Source: Clostridia bacterium
GTDB lineage: Bacteria; Bacillota; Clostridia; Christensenellales; CAMQZB01
Reading direction: 5' to 3'
Length of the DNA stretch: 44,440 nt
Assembly: GCA_045579195.1 (NCBI GenBank)
Contig: JAZNLR010000018.1
Location: 1-44,440, forward strand
The translations under genes and the position numbers were made by a program. Shown here one piece after another: positions 9,285 to 17,823 of this stretch (positions are counted from its first letter, which is position 1; the number at the start of each line of letters is the position of its first letter). A model generated the notes under the pieces. The model had not been told where the DNA came from. It was given only the letters and a program-made list of their open reading frames with translations, and did not search any database.

Positions 9285-10232
9285 ATGAATCGCATTCTCA
9301 TTGACGCAGAAAACGCCATCCGCGCAAGACGCCAGCACAATGAAGACGTCCACGAGCAAAAGCTCGCGGCGCTTTTTGCTGCAGACAACGCGCTCAAAGA
9401 GGCGTTTTATGCAAAGAAGGCGCTCATTGTTTCTCTCTCGAAGAACCGCGCGTTTGGAAATCTTGCAAAGGCAAAGGCGGATGAAGAAGCCCTTGCGGCA
9501 AGCGAAAAGAAGATCTCCGAGCGTCTGTCAGCACACGGGCTAGACGAAAGCGCACTTTCGCCTTCCTGGAGCTGTCCTCTCTGCGAGGATCGCGGCGTGA
9601 AGGACGGCATTCGCTGTCAATGCCTGGAAAAGGAGATCCGCGCACGCATCTTGGAGCAGTCCAACTTGGGTGAACAGCCTCTTCTCCGCTTCTCGGATTG
9701 CGACCTCTCCCGCTTTGACGAGGAAAACCGCGAAAAGATGACAACCCTTTATGCGAAGATGCAAAGTTATGTCTCTCGCTTCCCGCAAAGCCGCGTCAAG
9801 ACCTTCGTCTTCTCAGGCGCACCCGCAACGGGAAAGACCCACCTTGCAAAGACGATGTTTTCCGAACTCGTCTTGAAAGAGGTCAACGCGGTGTTCCTTT
9901 CTGCGTTCGAGCTTGGAAACGCTTTCTTGAAGTTCCACACCACCTTTGAAGAGAACAAAAACCTCTTCCTCGACGTCCTTTTGGAGAGCGAAGCGGTGTT
10001 CCTCGACGATCTCGGAACGGAACCCATCTTAAAGAACGTCACCTTGCCGTACTTATACTCCTTCGTGGCAGAGCGCACGTCGCGCGGCCTTCTCACGGTC
10101 ATCACAACAAACTTAAGCCCGGCGCAGCTGCAGGCGCGGTATGGCGAGCGCATCACCTCCCGTCTCTTCGACAAGGCGCACGCGCTTTTCGTTCCCTTTG
10201 AGAACGCATCCGACCTTCGCATTGGAAAGTGA
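9285..10232 (+). CDS. DnaC/DnaI-like helicase-loader AAA+ ATPase
   Basis: CPLCEDRG...CQC zinc site, Walker A GAPATGKT, Walker B FLDDLGTE, ITTNL, RITSRL; follows the DnaD gene. Confidence 0.85.
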   Translation: MNRILIDAENAIRARRQHNEDVHEQKLAALFAADNALKEAFYAKKALIVSLSKNRAFGNLAKAKADEEALAASEKKISERLSAHGLDESALSPSWSCPLCEDRGVKDGIRCQCLEKEIRARILEQSNLGEQPLLRFSDCDLSRFDEENREKMTTLYAKMQSYVSRFPQSRVKTFVFSGAPATGKTHLAKTMFSELVLKEVNAVFLSAFELGNAFLKFHTTFEENKNLFLDVLLESEAVFLDDLGTEPILKNVTLPYLYSFVAERTSRGLLTVITTNLSPAQLQARYGERITSRLFDKAHALFVPFENASDLRIGK

Positions 10233-10245
10233 TCCATAAACAAAA

Positions 10246-10285
10246 AAAACAAGGCCCTTCTCGTTTGAGAAAGGCCTTTTGTTTT
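10246..10285. terminator. Bidirectional terminator between the loader ATPase gene and prs
   Basis: AAAACAAGGCCCTTCTC...GAGAAAGGCCTTTTGTTTT inverted repeat between convergent genes. Confidence 0.65.
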
Positions 10286-10292
10286 GCTTTTT

Positions 10293-11453
10293 TTACTTCG
10301 ATTCGGTCGGGAAAGACATCTGCTCTGCTTTGCCCTTGTCCTTTTCCGCGATGAGGCGTTTGAGACGAACGGTCGCATCGAGGAGCGGGGAGATGGATTC
10401 ATCCTTATGCAAGGTGGAGATGATCTTCGCAACGAACTTGGAGAGATCCACCTCGCAGAACCACGGTGCCTGCTTGAGGGAATCGGGGAGATACGAGAGG
10501 TTGGTGGAATAAAGTCTGGTGAGCGCACCCTCTTCATAGAGCGCATTGAACTTTTCCAAGCCCTCGGTGAAGAACGCGAAGGTGGAAGCGACGTAGATCT
10601 TGCTTGCCTTGCGCTTCTTAAGCTCGTGCACAATGTCGATGACGGATTCACCCGAAGCGATCATGTCGTCCACGATGAGAACGGTCTTGCCCTCAACGTC
10701 ACGCCCGACATACTCATGCTGGATGATGGGGTTCTTTCCGTTGATAATAACGGAGTAATCACGGCGCTTATAGAACATACCGACGTCCAAGCCGAGGACG
10801 TTTGCGTAATAGATCGCGCGGCCCATCGCACCCGTGTCCGGGCTGATGACCAACATATTGTCTTTGTCGATCTGCTCACGCTCGTTCTGAATGAAGTACT
10901 TCAGAATGGTGTAAGTCGGATAGACGCTCTCGAAAGAGCTCAATGCAATTGCGTTCTGAATGGTGGGGTCATGTGCGTCAAAGGTGATGATCGCCTTAAC
11001 GCCCATGCGCTCGATCTCCTGCAACGCCATTGCGCAGTCGAGCGACTCTCTTCCCGCGCGCTTATGCTGACGGGATGCATAAAGGAGGGGCATCACGACC
11101 GTGACGCGGTTTGCCTTCCCAGAAATTGCGGAAATCGCACGGCAGACGTCCTGGAAGTGCTCATCGGGGCCCATATGGTTCTCGAAACCGAACATCTTAT
11201 AGGTGCAGCTGTAATTTCCCACGTCGCAGAGGATGAAGATATCCTTTCCGCGAACGGATTCCTTCAAGCGAATCTTTCCTTCGCCGTTGGAGAAGCGAAC
11301 CTGCTCCATCTTGATGATGTGCGACGTTCCTTCCGGTTCGTTGCAGATGTTGCGAATGTACTGATCGACCTTTTCGCCGAGCTCTTGAGCTCCACGCAAA
11401 ACGACCAATCCCAGATCACCGTGAATCGTCTTCGTGTTTTTTTCTTCTGTCAT
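10293..11453 (-). CDS. prs: Ribose-phosphate pyrophosphokinase (long clostridial form)
   Basis: RFSNGEG, ESVRGKD, FDAH, SPDTG, IVDDMIASG. Confidence 0.95.
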   Translation of the reverse strand: MTEEKNTKTIHGDLGLVVLRGAQELGEKVDQYIRNICNEPEGTSHIIKMEQVRFSNGEGKIRLKESVRGKDIFILCDVGNYSCTYKMFGFENHMGPDEHFQDVCRAISAISGKANRVTVVMPLLYASRQHKRAGRESLDCAMALQEIERMGVKAIITFDAHDPTIQNAIALSSFESVYPTYTILKYFIQNEREQIDKDNMLVISPDTGAMGRAIYYANVLGLDVGMFYKRRDYSVIINGKNPIIQHEYVGRDVEGKTVLIVDDMIASGESVIDIVHELKKRKASKIYVASTFAFFTEGLEKFNALYEEGALTRLYSTNLSYLPDSLKQAPWFCEVDLSKFVAKIISTLHKDESISPLLDATVRLKRLIAEKDKGKAEQMSFPTESK

Positions 11454-11563
11454 TCGTTGCGCCCGCCTTTTAATTTTTTCTTCTTTTATTTTACCCTTTT
11501 CACAAGATATTTGTCAAGTTTGGAAAAAGGGGATTTTCTGTTCTGTGAAAATTTTTCAATGCG

Positions 11564-11604
11564 TAAAAAAGGATTGAAACAAATTCGTTTCAATCCTCTC
11601 TTTT
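11564..11604 (-). terminator. Intrinsic terminator after jag
   Basis: AGGATTGAAAC/GTTTCAATCCT inverted repeat with flanking A/T runs. Confidence 0.7.
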
Positions 11605-11609
11605 CGATT

Positions 11610-12476
11610 TTATTCCTCGCCGAAATGATCCTTTCTCTCAAAGGATTCCTCGCTAACTTCAGAGAAGCCCGACGTGCGCGTGTTCCCAAGGTACGTTCCA
11701 AACGAGGAGAAGCCGCTCGTCTTAGGAGCAGGGCGATTTTCCTTCTTCATTCCCATTGCCGTTCCCTTTGCGCTAGAAGAATCTCTTCTCGGTCCGCGGT
11801 TGCGGCGATCGTTGCGACGGTCATTGCGGCCATGGTCACGTCCTCCGCGGCGATCGTTGCGGTCACGGGAGAAGCGCTTTTCGTTCTTCGGGATGATGAC
11901 AACGTAGCGCGACGGCTCTTCGCCTTCGCTGGTGGTGGTGACGCGCTCATCCTCAGAAAGTGCTGCGTGGATGATGCGGCGCTCATAGGGGTTCATCGGC
12001 TCAAGGCGAACTCTGCGCGCGTTGCGCTCTGCCTTGTCTGCAAGGCGGGTTGCCAAAGCCTTCAAAGATCCCTTTCTCTTTTCGCGGTAATTCTCGCAAT
12101 CCACGACGATGCGTTTGAACTCCGCCTTTTCGCGATTTGCGACCAAAGACGCTAAGTACTGAATGGCATCAAGAACGTCGCCTCTGTGTCCGATGATCGC
12201 ACCGGTATCCGTTCCGATGACGTTGATCTTTGCGGTTTCCTCATCTTCTTCCAGTTCGCAAACGCAAGAAAAGCCCATCTTTTCGGTCAGCTGCTCAACA
12301 AACGCGAGCGCACGCTCTCCTTCCGTTTTCTTCTTAACGATCGAAACCTTTGCCTTTCTCAAGAAACCGCCCTGATCCAAAACGGTGATCTCGGCCTGTT
12401 CTCTGCTGATGTTCAGTGCGGACAAACCTTCTGCGATTGCCCCTTCTACCGTCTTTGCGGTAAACTCATTGTTCAT
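11610..12476 (-). CDS. jag: RNA-binding protein Jag/EloR (KhpB)
   Basis: AKTVEGAI N-terminus, KH motif IIGHRG, R3H motif ERRIIH; follows yidC; start taken at MNNEF. Confidence 0.93.
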   Translation of the reverse strand: MNNEFTAKTVEGAIAEGLSALNISREQAEITVLDQGGFLRKAKVSIVKKKTEGERALAFVEQLTEKMGFSCVCELEEDEETAKINVIGTDTGAIIGHRGDVLDAIQYLASLVANREKAEFKRIVVDCENYREKRKGSLKALATRLADKAERNARRVRLEPMNPYERRIIHAALSEDERVTTTSEGEEPSRYVVIIPKNEKRFSRDRNDRRGGRDHGRNDRRNDRRNRGPRRDSSSAKGTAMGMKKENRPAPKTSGFSSFGTYLGNTRTSGFSEVSEESFERKDHFGEE

Positions 12477-12569
12477 TTCTCTTCTCTCCTGCTCTTTCGT
12501 GCGCCTCGACTTTGATTTTTCGGCCTTTGCCCATTTTTGCGCACGCTCTATCAAAAACAGCACCCGTTT

Positions 12570-13631
12570 TTAGCGTCGATACGACGTACGTCTGTTTTTC
12601 TCCATTTCATCCAACTTCTTTCCAAACACCTTTTCGACGATCTTATTGATGAGGAGGGTGGAAAGCAAGGAATAAATCGAACCGATAACGATGTAAAGCG
12701 CGAATGCGGAAGTGTACATCAACGTGAAGAATCCCATCATCAACGGCATCATCACCATCATGGTCTTCTGGGAGCTCTGCTGCCCCTGCAATTCCATCTG
12801 CGCTTTTTGGGTCTTATTTGTGATTGCCTGCGAAAGGATGGAAAATCCAACCGCGAGCAACGGCAAAATCAGGAATCCGTTCGCACGGTTTCCCTCCTCA
12901 AACGGCGCCATAATTCTCTCATACTCCTGGGTGTCGATGGTTCCCTCGGTGAGGCCTGCGTTTGCAAGGAATTGCGAGGTGTTCATCACGGACTTGTTCC
13001 AGGGGACATCAGGACGCCAAATATTGTCGATCCAAAGGAATTCGGGCATGACCATCTCTTTGAGAGAAAGTGCTTCTTCTGCCCAAGCTTCCGCGTGCTT
13101 TTTGTCTTTATAGACAGCTTTTTCATCGTCAGAGGTGAGCGCGTTATAAGCTGCATCGCTTGCGAGCTCTCCCTCAACTTCAATTCCAACCTGCGTCCAA
13201 GCGGCGTGCATGTTGTTATATCCGTCGATGACGTTATACTTCAAGTACGAGTTGAAAGCGTTGAAGATGATGATGAAGACAATCAGGGAAACGATGGTGG
13301 GCAAGCACGCGCCGAACATCGAGTATCCTTCCTTCTTATAAAGCTCCATCGTCTTCATCTGAAGAAGGTTTCTGTCGTGACCGTACTGCTTCTGCATCTT
13401 GTCGAGCTGAGGCTTCATGCGGTCCATCTTCATGCTGTTTTTCTTCATGCTGACGCGCGACCAATAATCCAGCGGCGACATCAAGATCTTGATGGCAAAC
13501 GTAAAAATAACGACAGCCCATCCCATGCTTCCGAGCCAGGACACCAACATGTTCAAAAACGGCCCGATAACGGGGTAGAGCTTGGGTAAGGTCAGGGGAC
13601 CTTCCGCCAAAAGTGCGGTGAAAATGTTCAT
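12570..13631 (-). CDS. yidC: Membrane protein insertase YidC
   Basis: GWAVVIFTFAIK, MELYKKEG, CLP, FLWI, ALYI. Confidence 0.93.
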   Translation of the reverse strand: MNIFTALLAEGPLTLPKLYPVIGPFLNMLVSWLGSMGWAVVIFTFAIKILMSPLDYWSRVSMKKNSMKMDRMKPQLDKMQKQYGHDRNLLQMKTMELYKKEGYSMFGACLPTIVSLIVFIIIFNAFNSYLKYNVIDGYNNMHAAWTQVGIEVEGELASDAAYNALTSDDEKAVYKDKKHAEAWAEEALSLKEMVMPEFLWIDNIWRPDVPWNKSVMNTSQFLANAGLTEGTIDTQEYERIMAPFEEGNRANGFLILPLLAVGFSILSQAITNKTQKAQMELQGQQSSQKTMMVMMPLMMGFFTLMYTSAFALYIVIGSIYSLLSTLLINKIVEKVFGKKLDEMEKNRRTSYRR

Positions 13632-13664
13632 GGAACTACGTTCTCCTTACGGGTTAAAGCGAGT

Positions 13665-13904
13665 TTAAAGCACCCACTTGATCTTTTTCATATTGTACGG
13701 AACGGGGTCGTACCCGCCGTGCGTAAACGGATTGCAACGCAAAATGCGCCAAGTTCCGAGCAAGATCCCTTTGATCACGCCGTGTTCCTCGATCGCACCC
13801 ATCATATAGTGCGAACAGCTTGGCGTATAAGGGCAGTTGGACGGAATCAGCGGGGAAATGAATTTTTGATAAAAGCGGATCAACAAAAAACAGAGTTGTT
13901 TCAT
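13665..13904 (-). CDS. yidD: Membrane protein insertion efficiency factor
   Basis: [32 protein letters not shown]. Confidence 0.96.
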   Translation of the reverse strand: MKQLCFLLIRFYQKFISPLIPSNCPYTPSCSHYMMGAIEEHGVIKGILLGTWRILRCNPFTHGGYDPVPYNMKKIKWVL

Positions 13905-13906
13905 TG

Positions 13907-14251
13907 TCAGTTCCCTTCTTTTTGCAAAAGTCCCGCCTTGTTCAAAAGATAGAGCAAGGTCTTTTCGATCGCGTGGTAGTCTGCTTTGACGATCCCTTCT
14001 CGCGCGATGATCACAAAGTGAAAAGAGGGGTTGATGCGGTGCATATTGAGGCGAAACGCCTCGCGAAGGCGGCGCTTGACAGCGTTTCTCGTCACGCTGT
14101 TTCCCACCTTTTTGCTCACCGAAAAGCCAACCCGGATTCCGCCTTTTGCACTCGTATATAGCAGCACCATCTCTCTTCCGGCAAGGTTCTTTCCCTTGCG
14201 GTATAGGTACTGAAACTGATATGATTTTTTCAGGCGAAATTTCTTATTCAT
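13907..14251 (-). CDS. rnpA: Ribonuclease P protein component
   Basis: [25 protein letters not shown]. Confidence 0.96.
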   Translation of the reverse strand: MNKKFRLKKSYQFQYLYRKGKNLAGREMVLLYTSAKGGIRVGFSVSKKVGNSVTRNAVKRRLREAFRLNMHRINPSFHFVIIAREGIVKADYHAIEKTLLYLLNKAGLLQKEGN

Positions 14252-14285
14252 CTTATCATTATCCTAAGAAAAGGGAAAAGAAAAC

Positions 14286-14322
14286 AAAACAGCTGCTGGA
14301 TTGACCCTTCGGCAGCTGTTTT
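14286..14322 (-). terminator. Hairpin/partial terminator between rpmH and rnpA
   Basis: AAAACAGCTGC...GCAGCTGTTTT inverted repeat. Confidence 0.55.
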
Positions 14323-14335
14323 CGGTTGTCGTAAA

Positions 14336-14470
14336 TTAGACCGTCAACGCCTTTCTTCCTTTTCTGCGGCGTGCAGCGAGAACGCGGCGGCCATTTGCCG
14401 TTCTCATTCTCTGTCTAAATCCGTGCACTTTGTTTCTGTGTCTCTTTTTCGGCTGATAAGTTCTCTTCAT
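14336..14470 (-). CDS. rpmH: 50S ribosomal protein L34 (44 aa, below the ORF-track cutoff)
   Basis: Manual translation [44 protein letters not shown]; SD GGAGG. Confidence 0.98.
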   Translation of the reverse strand: MKRTYQPKKRHRNKVHGFRQRMRTANGRRVLAARRRKGRKALTV

Positions 14471-14557
14471 GTTTCTATCCTCTCCGTTTCAATAATTTTC
14501 TAAGTTTTCGTTCTTTCAATGGATTTTCCGCATAACAATCCATTTTCATACCATATC

Positions 14558-14586
14558 ATTATATCTTTCGAGCCCTCAATTGTCAA
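14558..14586 (-). promoter_or_regulatory. Consensus sigmaA promoter of rpmH
   Basis: Minus strand TTGACA-17 nt-TATAAT. Confidence 0.8.
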
Positions 14587-14665
14587 GTCTTTGCGCGCTC
14601 ATTTTCAGTTTGACACCCGTAAAATTCGGGGATTTCCCCCGTTTTTGCGGTGCTGTCTGCGGTTT

Positions 14666-15553
14666 TTAGCGCGAAATGATGTCAAAAATGCGGTCGAGGT
14701 CATCGCTGTTATAATAGTCGATGACGATCTTGCCCTTCTGTTCAGAGCCGTTGATGGTGACTTTCGTTCCAAAATAGCGTGTGAGACGCTCGCAAAAATC
14801 GCGAAGCTCAATGGACTGCTCCGGCTTTCTTACCTTCTCCTTCGGCTTCAAAAACTCCTTGACAAAGCGCTCAAACTCACGAACGGACATCTTTTTGTCA
14901 AGACAGTGATGCGCAAGACGCTCCTGATCCCGCCTGTTTTCCACGACGACGAGGCAACGCGCGTGCCCTGCGGAGAGCAGATTCTTTTCAATCAACATCA
15001 GAACCTCGGAAGAGAGGTTCAAAAGACGCAAGAGGTTGGCAACGGCAGGGCGGCTCATACCAAGCGCTTCCGCAACCTGTTCCTGCGTGTAATCAAACGT
15101 CTCCATCAAAGAGCGCATTCCTCTTGCCGCTTCCACGGGGTTGAGGTCTTCTCTCTGTAAGTTTTCGATGAGGGCAACCTCTTTGACCGTCTGCTCGTCA
15201 AAATCCTTGACGATCGCAGGGATGGTCTCCTTTTCTGCGATGCGCGCTGCCCTCCAACGACGCTCGCCGGCAACGATCATATATCCGTCGTTTGTGGGTT
15301 TGACAATGATGGGGGAAATAACACCGTGGCGCGCGATAGACGTTGCAAGTTCTGCAAGTGCATCACGGTCAAAAATCTTTCGCGGCTGATCCGGATTGGG
15401 ATAAACTTTGATAATGTCCAGCTCGACCGGGCCTTTGTTGTTCGTTTTTTCCTTCTTTTCTTGCTCTTTTTCACCGATTGCGCTTGCGTACTCCGCTTCT
15501 GTTTCGCCAAAGAGCGCCTCCAGCCCTCTTCCTAAACCTCTTTTTCCTGCCAT
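14666..15553 (-). CDS. parB: Chromosome partitioning protein ParB/Spo0J
   Basis: GLGRGL, NPDQPRK, AGERRWRAA, LIENLQREDL, HTH SRPAVANLLRLL. Confidence 0.96.
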   Translation of the reverse strand: MAGKRGLGRGLEALFGETEAEYASAIGEKEQEKKEKTNNKGPVELDIIKVYPNPDQPRKIFDRDALAELATSIARHGVISPIIVKPTNDGYMIVAGERRWRAARIAEKETIPAIVKDFDEQTVKEVALIENLQREDLNPVEAARGMRSLMETFDYTQEQVAEALGMSRPAVANLLRLLNLSSEVLMLIEKNLLSAGHARCLVVVENRRDQERLAHHCLDKKMSVREFERFVKEFLKPKEKVRKPEQSIELRDFCERLTRYFGTKVTINGSEQKGKIVIDYYNSDDLDRIFDIISR

Positions 15554-15595
15554 AAAATCCTCCTAATTCCCTTATCTTTCGGTGTTTTATCCTAC

Positions 15596-16396
15596 TTATT
15601 TATCACTTTGTAAACTTTCTTTCTCTTCACGCTTCTTTGTGCGCTCAATAAACTCGTTTGTGAGCGCGCGATAAGCCTTCGCACCTGCGCATTTTGGGTC
15701 GTGCAGCAAGATTGGAACGCCGTGGCTGGGCGCTTCGCTCAAGCGAATGTTGCGCGGAACGGGGTTTTCGAACACTTTATCTCCGAAAAATTTGCGAATC
15801 TGCTCAGAAATCTGTCTGGAAATGACGGAACGCATGTCATACATCGTCAAAACAACGCCGTCAACGATCAATTTCGGGTTCAAATGCTTGATAACGAGCT
15901 TGATCGTGTTCATCAGCTGACTTAAGCCCTCCAATGCAAAGAATTCAGACTGGATGGGAATAATCGTGCAATCGGCTGCCGTGAGCGCGTTGATGGTCAA
16001 AAGTCCGAGCGAAGGCGGACAGTCAATGGTAATATAGTCATATTCGTCCTTCAGTTCCGCAATCGCTTCTTTGAGAATCTTTTCTCTGTTCTTCATATAG
16101 ACAAGTTCCACTTCTGCACCGGCAAGATCGATATTGGACGGAATGATGTCCAAATTTTCAATCAACGTCGGCATTACGTAAGTCGAAGCGGGTTCGTCTT
16201 CCACCAAGAGATTATATGACGAAGCAGAGAGTTCATTTTTGCGAATTCCCAAGCCCGTCGTCGCGTTTCCCTGAGGATCTAAGTCAATGAGCAATGTTTT
16301 CTTGCCTGCAACTGCAAGGTAAGCAGACATATTCACACAGGTCGTGGTTTTTCCTACGCCGCCCTTCTGATTCGAGAATGAAACAACCTTTCCCAT
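15596..16396 (-). CDS. parA: Chromosome partitioning ATPase ParA/Soj
   Basis: NQKGGVGKTTT, DLDPQGN, DCPPSLG, LSEAPSHG. Confidence 0.96.
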   Translation of the reverse strand: MGKVVSFSNQKGGVGKTTTCVNMSAYLAVAGKKTLLIDLDPQGNATTGLGIRKNELSASSYNLLVEDEPASTYVMPTLIENLDIIPSNIDLAGAEVELVYMKNREKILKEAIAELKDEYDYITIDCPPSLGLLTINALTAADCTIIPIQSEFFALEGLSQLMNTIKLVIKHLNPKLIVDGVVLTMYDMRSVISRQISEQIRKFFGDKVFENPVPRNIRLSEAPSHGVPILLHDPKCAGAKAYRALTNEFIERTKKREEKESLQSDK

Positions 16397-16506
16397 AGTT
16401 TACCTCATGTTTGATTTTTGGTAATTCATATTATATCATACTTCTTTTTGCTTGAAAATCGTTTTTTGAATATTTTTGCCTAATTTTTCAAAAATTTTTA
16501 TCTTTT

Positions 16507-16522
16507 TGTTTCACGTGAAACA
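16507..16522. promoter_or_regulatory. parS site 1
   Basis: Perfect palindrome TGTTTCACGTGAAACA. Confidence 0.93.
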
Positions 16523-16581
16523 TTTTTTGCCATTTTTATTTGATCGCGAAATAATTTCCGTGACACTCCTTTGTGCCACGT

Positions 16582-16597
16582 TGTTTCACGTGAAACA
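16582..16597. promoter_or_regulatory. parS site 2
   Basis: Perfect palindrome TGTTTCACGTGAAACA. Confidence 0.93.
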
Positions 16598-16654
16598 TTT
16601 TTTTGATTCAAAGATTCATTTACACAATGAAACCATCATAATGAAAAAGGTCAT

Positions 16655-16670
16655 TGTTTCACGTGAAACA
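16655..16670. promoter_or_regulatory. parS site 3
   Basis: Perfect palindrome TGTTTCACGTGAAACA. Confidence 0.93.
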
Positions 16671-16715
16671 TTCTATAAAAATAAAAAGTTTTCCTTTGAA
16701 ACATTCAAATCAGCA

Positions 16716-16744
16716 TTGACACCCATTTTCTGTTGTGTTATACT
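16716..16744 (+). promoter_or_regulatory. sigmaA promoter of rsmG (probably leaderless transcript)
   Basis: TTGACA-17 nt-TATACT with extended TG; ATG follows the -10 after 6 nt. Confidence 0.7.
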
Positions 16745-16750
16745 TTGACT

Positions 16751-17470
16751 ATGGAACAAAAAAACTATCAAGACCAAGAAATTTTCAAAGAAGAGGCAAA
16801 AAAACTCGGTGTCACAGTCACAGACGAACAATTTGCCAAATTCTGCACATATTATGAGTTTTTGGTCGAAGAAAACGAAAAATATAATCTCACGGCAATC
16901 ACAGAAAAGAACGAAGTCTTTTTAAAACACTTTTTAGATTGCATTTCAGGTGCACCTTTGTTTTCAGAGGGTGCAACCGTTGCAGATGTCGGAAGTGGCG
17001 CAGGTTTCCCTGCAATTCCTCTGAAAATCGTTCGTCCTGATCTTAAGATCACCTGTATGGACGCACTTCAAAAGCGCGTCAACTTCCTCAACGAGCTGAT
17101 TTCACGTTTGGAGCTAACAGAAATCACAGCGATCCATCAGAGAGCAGAAGATGCCGGAAGATCTCCTCTTCGTGAAACCTTTGACTTCGTCACGGCACGC
17201 GCAGTGTCAAATTTGTCCTCCCTTTTAGAATATACTTCTCCGCTCTGCAAAAAAAGTGGATTTATCTTGGCATATAAGGGTGACGCAGACGAAGAGATCG
17301 CAGCGGCAAAAAATGCACTCTTCCTCTTAAAATGCAAAATTGCAAAGAAGATACAAATTGTCATTGATGAGAACGTTTCAAAAAGAACGTTGCTGTTAAT
17401 TGAGAAATTTGACAAGACTCCAAAGCTTTACCCACGCGGAAAAGGAAAAGAAAAAAAATCACCGCTTTAA
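16751..17470 (+). CDS. rsmG: 16S rRNA m7G527 methyltransferase RsmG (GidB)
   Basis: YNLTAIT, KHFLD, DVGSGAGFP, RAED, TARAV, YPR; start at MEQKNY. Confidence 0.96.
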   Translation: MEQKNYQDQEIFKEEAKKLGVTVTDEQFAKFCTYYEFLVEENEKYNLTAITEKNEVFLKHFLDCISGAPLFSEGATVADVGSGAGFPAIPLKIVRPDLKITCMDALQKRVNFLNELISRLELTEITAIHQRAEDAGRSPLRETFDFVTARAVSNLSSLLEYTSPLCKKSGFILAYKGDADEEIAAAKNALFLLKCKIAKKIQIVIDENVSKRTLLLIEKFDKTPKLYPRGKGKEKKSPL

Positions 17471-17800
17471 TGTGGAAAAGTGTGGATATGTGGACAAAAG
17501 TTTTGTTAATTTGTTGATAAAACTGTGCTTTTTACATTTATCGACAAAAAATTATCTTTTAAAAAAGAAAACTTTTGTAAAGAAGTGTGGATAACTTCAA
17601 AGAAAAGTTGACAAAAATTTTTTATTTTCCACAGAAAAATATCATAGGTTTCCTTGCAAATCAACCCTTTTTTTGGTATAATAAAGCTAGAAAAAATCTA
17701 AGGTTTTCGCTGTTTTTCACTTTTAAAATTTTGGTGAAAAAATTGATTTCCACAAATCCACGCTGCCTATAACTACGACTGTTAAAAGAAAGAATATATA
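17471..17800. other. Chromosomal replication origin oriC
   Basis: Perfect DnaA box TGTGGATAA at 17586-17594; 1-mismatch boxes at 17471, 17481, 17489, 17512, 17538, 17625; tandem boxes plus GC spacer and trios ATTTCCACAAATCCACG-CTGCC-TAT-AAC-TAC-GAC at 17746-17779; AT-rich, upstream of dnaN, at the gene-strand switch. Confidence 0.88.
17654..17682 (+). promoter_or_regulatory. sigmaA promoter inside oriC, oriented toward dnaN
   Basis: TTGCAA-17 nt-TATAAT with extended TG. Confidence 0.65.
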
Positions 17801-17823
17801 GAACAAGAAGGAGGATCAAGAAA

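Noticed and set aside
9285-10232. IS21 IstB helper or phage replication module
   Set aside because: No IstA transposase, terminal repeats or phage genes; the zinc site and DnaD partner fit the chromosomal clostridial loader
11790-11870. GCGATCGTTGCG repeats
   Set aside because: They encode the low-complexity RNDRR tail of Jag, not a separate DNA element
16507-16670. Possible mini-CRISPR (three palindromic repeats with unique spacers)
   Set aside because: Repeats are 16 bp, match the parS consensus exactly, sit beside parAB, and no cas genes are present
16476-16748. 90-aa ORF with repeated FHVKH
   Set aside because: The repeated peptide is just the translation of the parS palindromes
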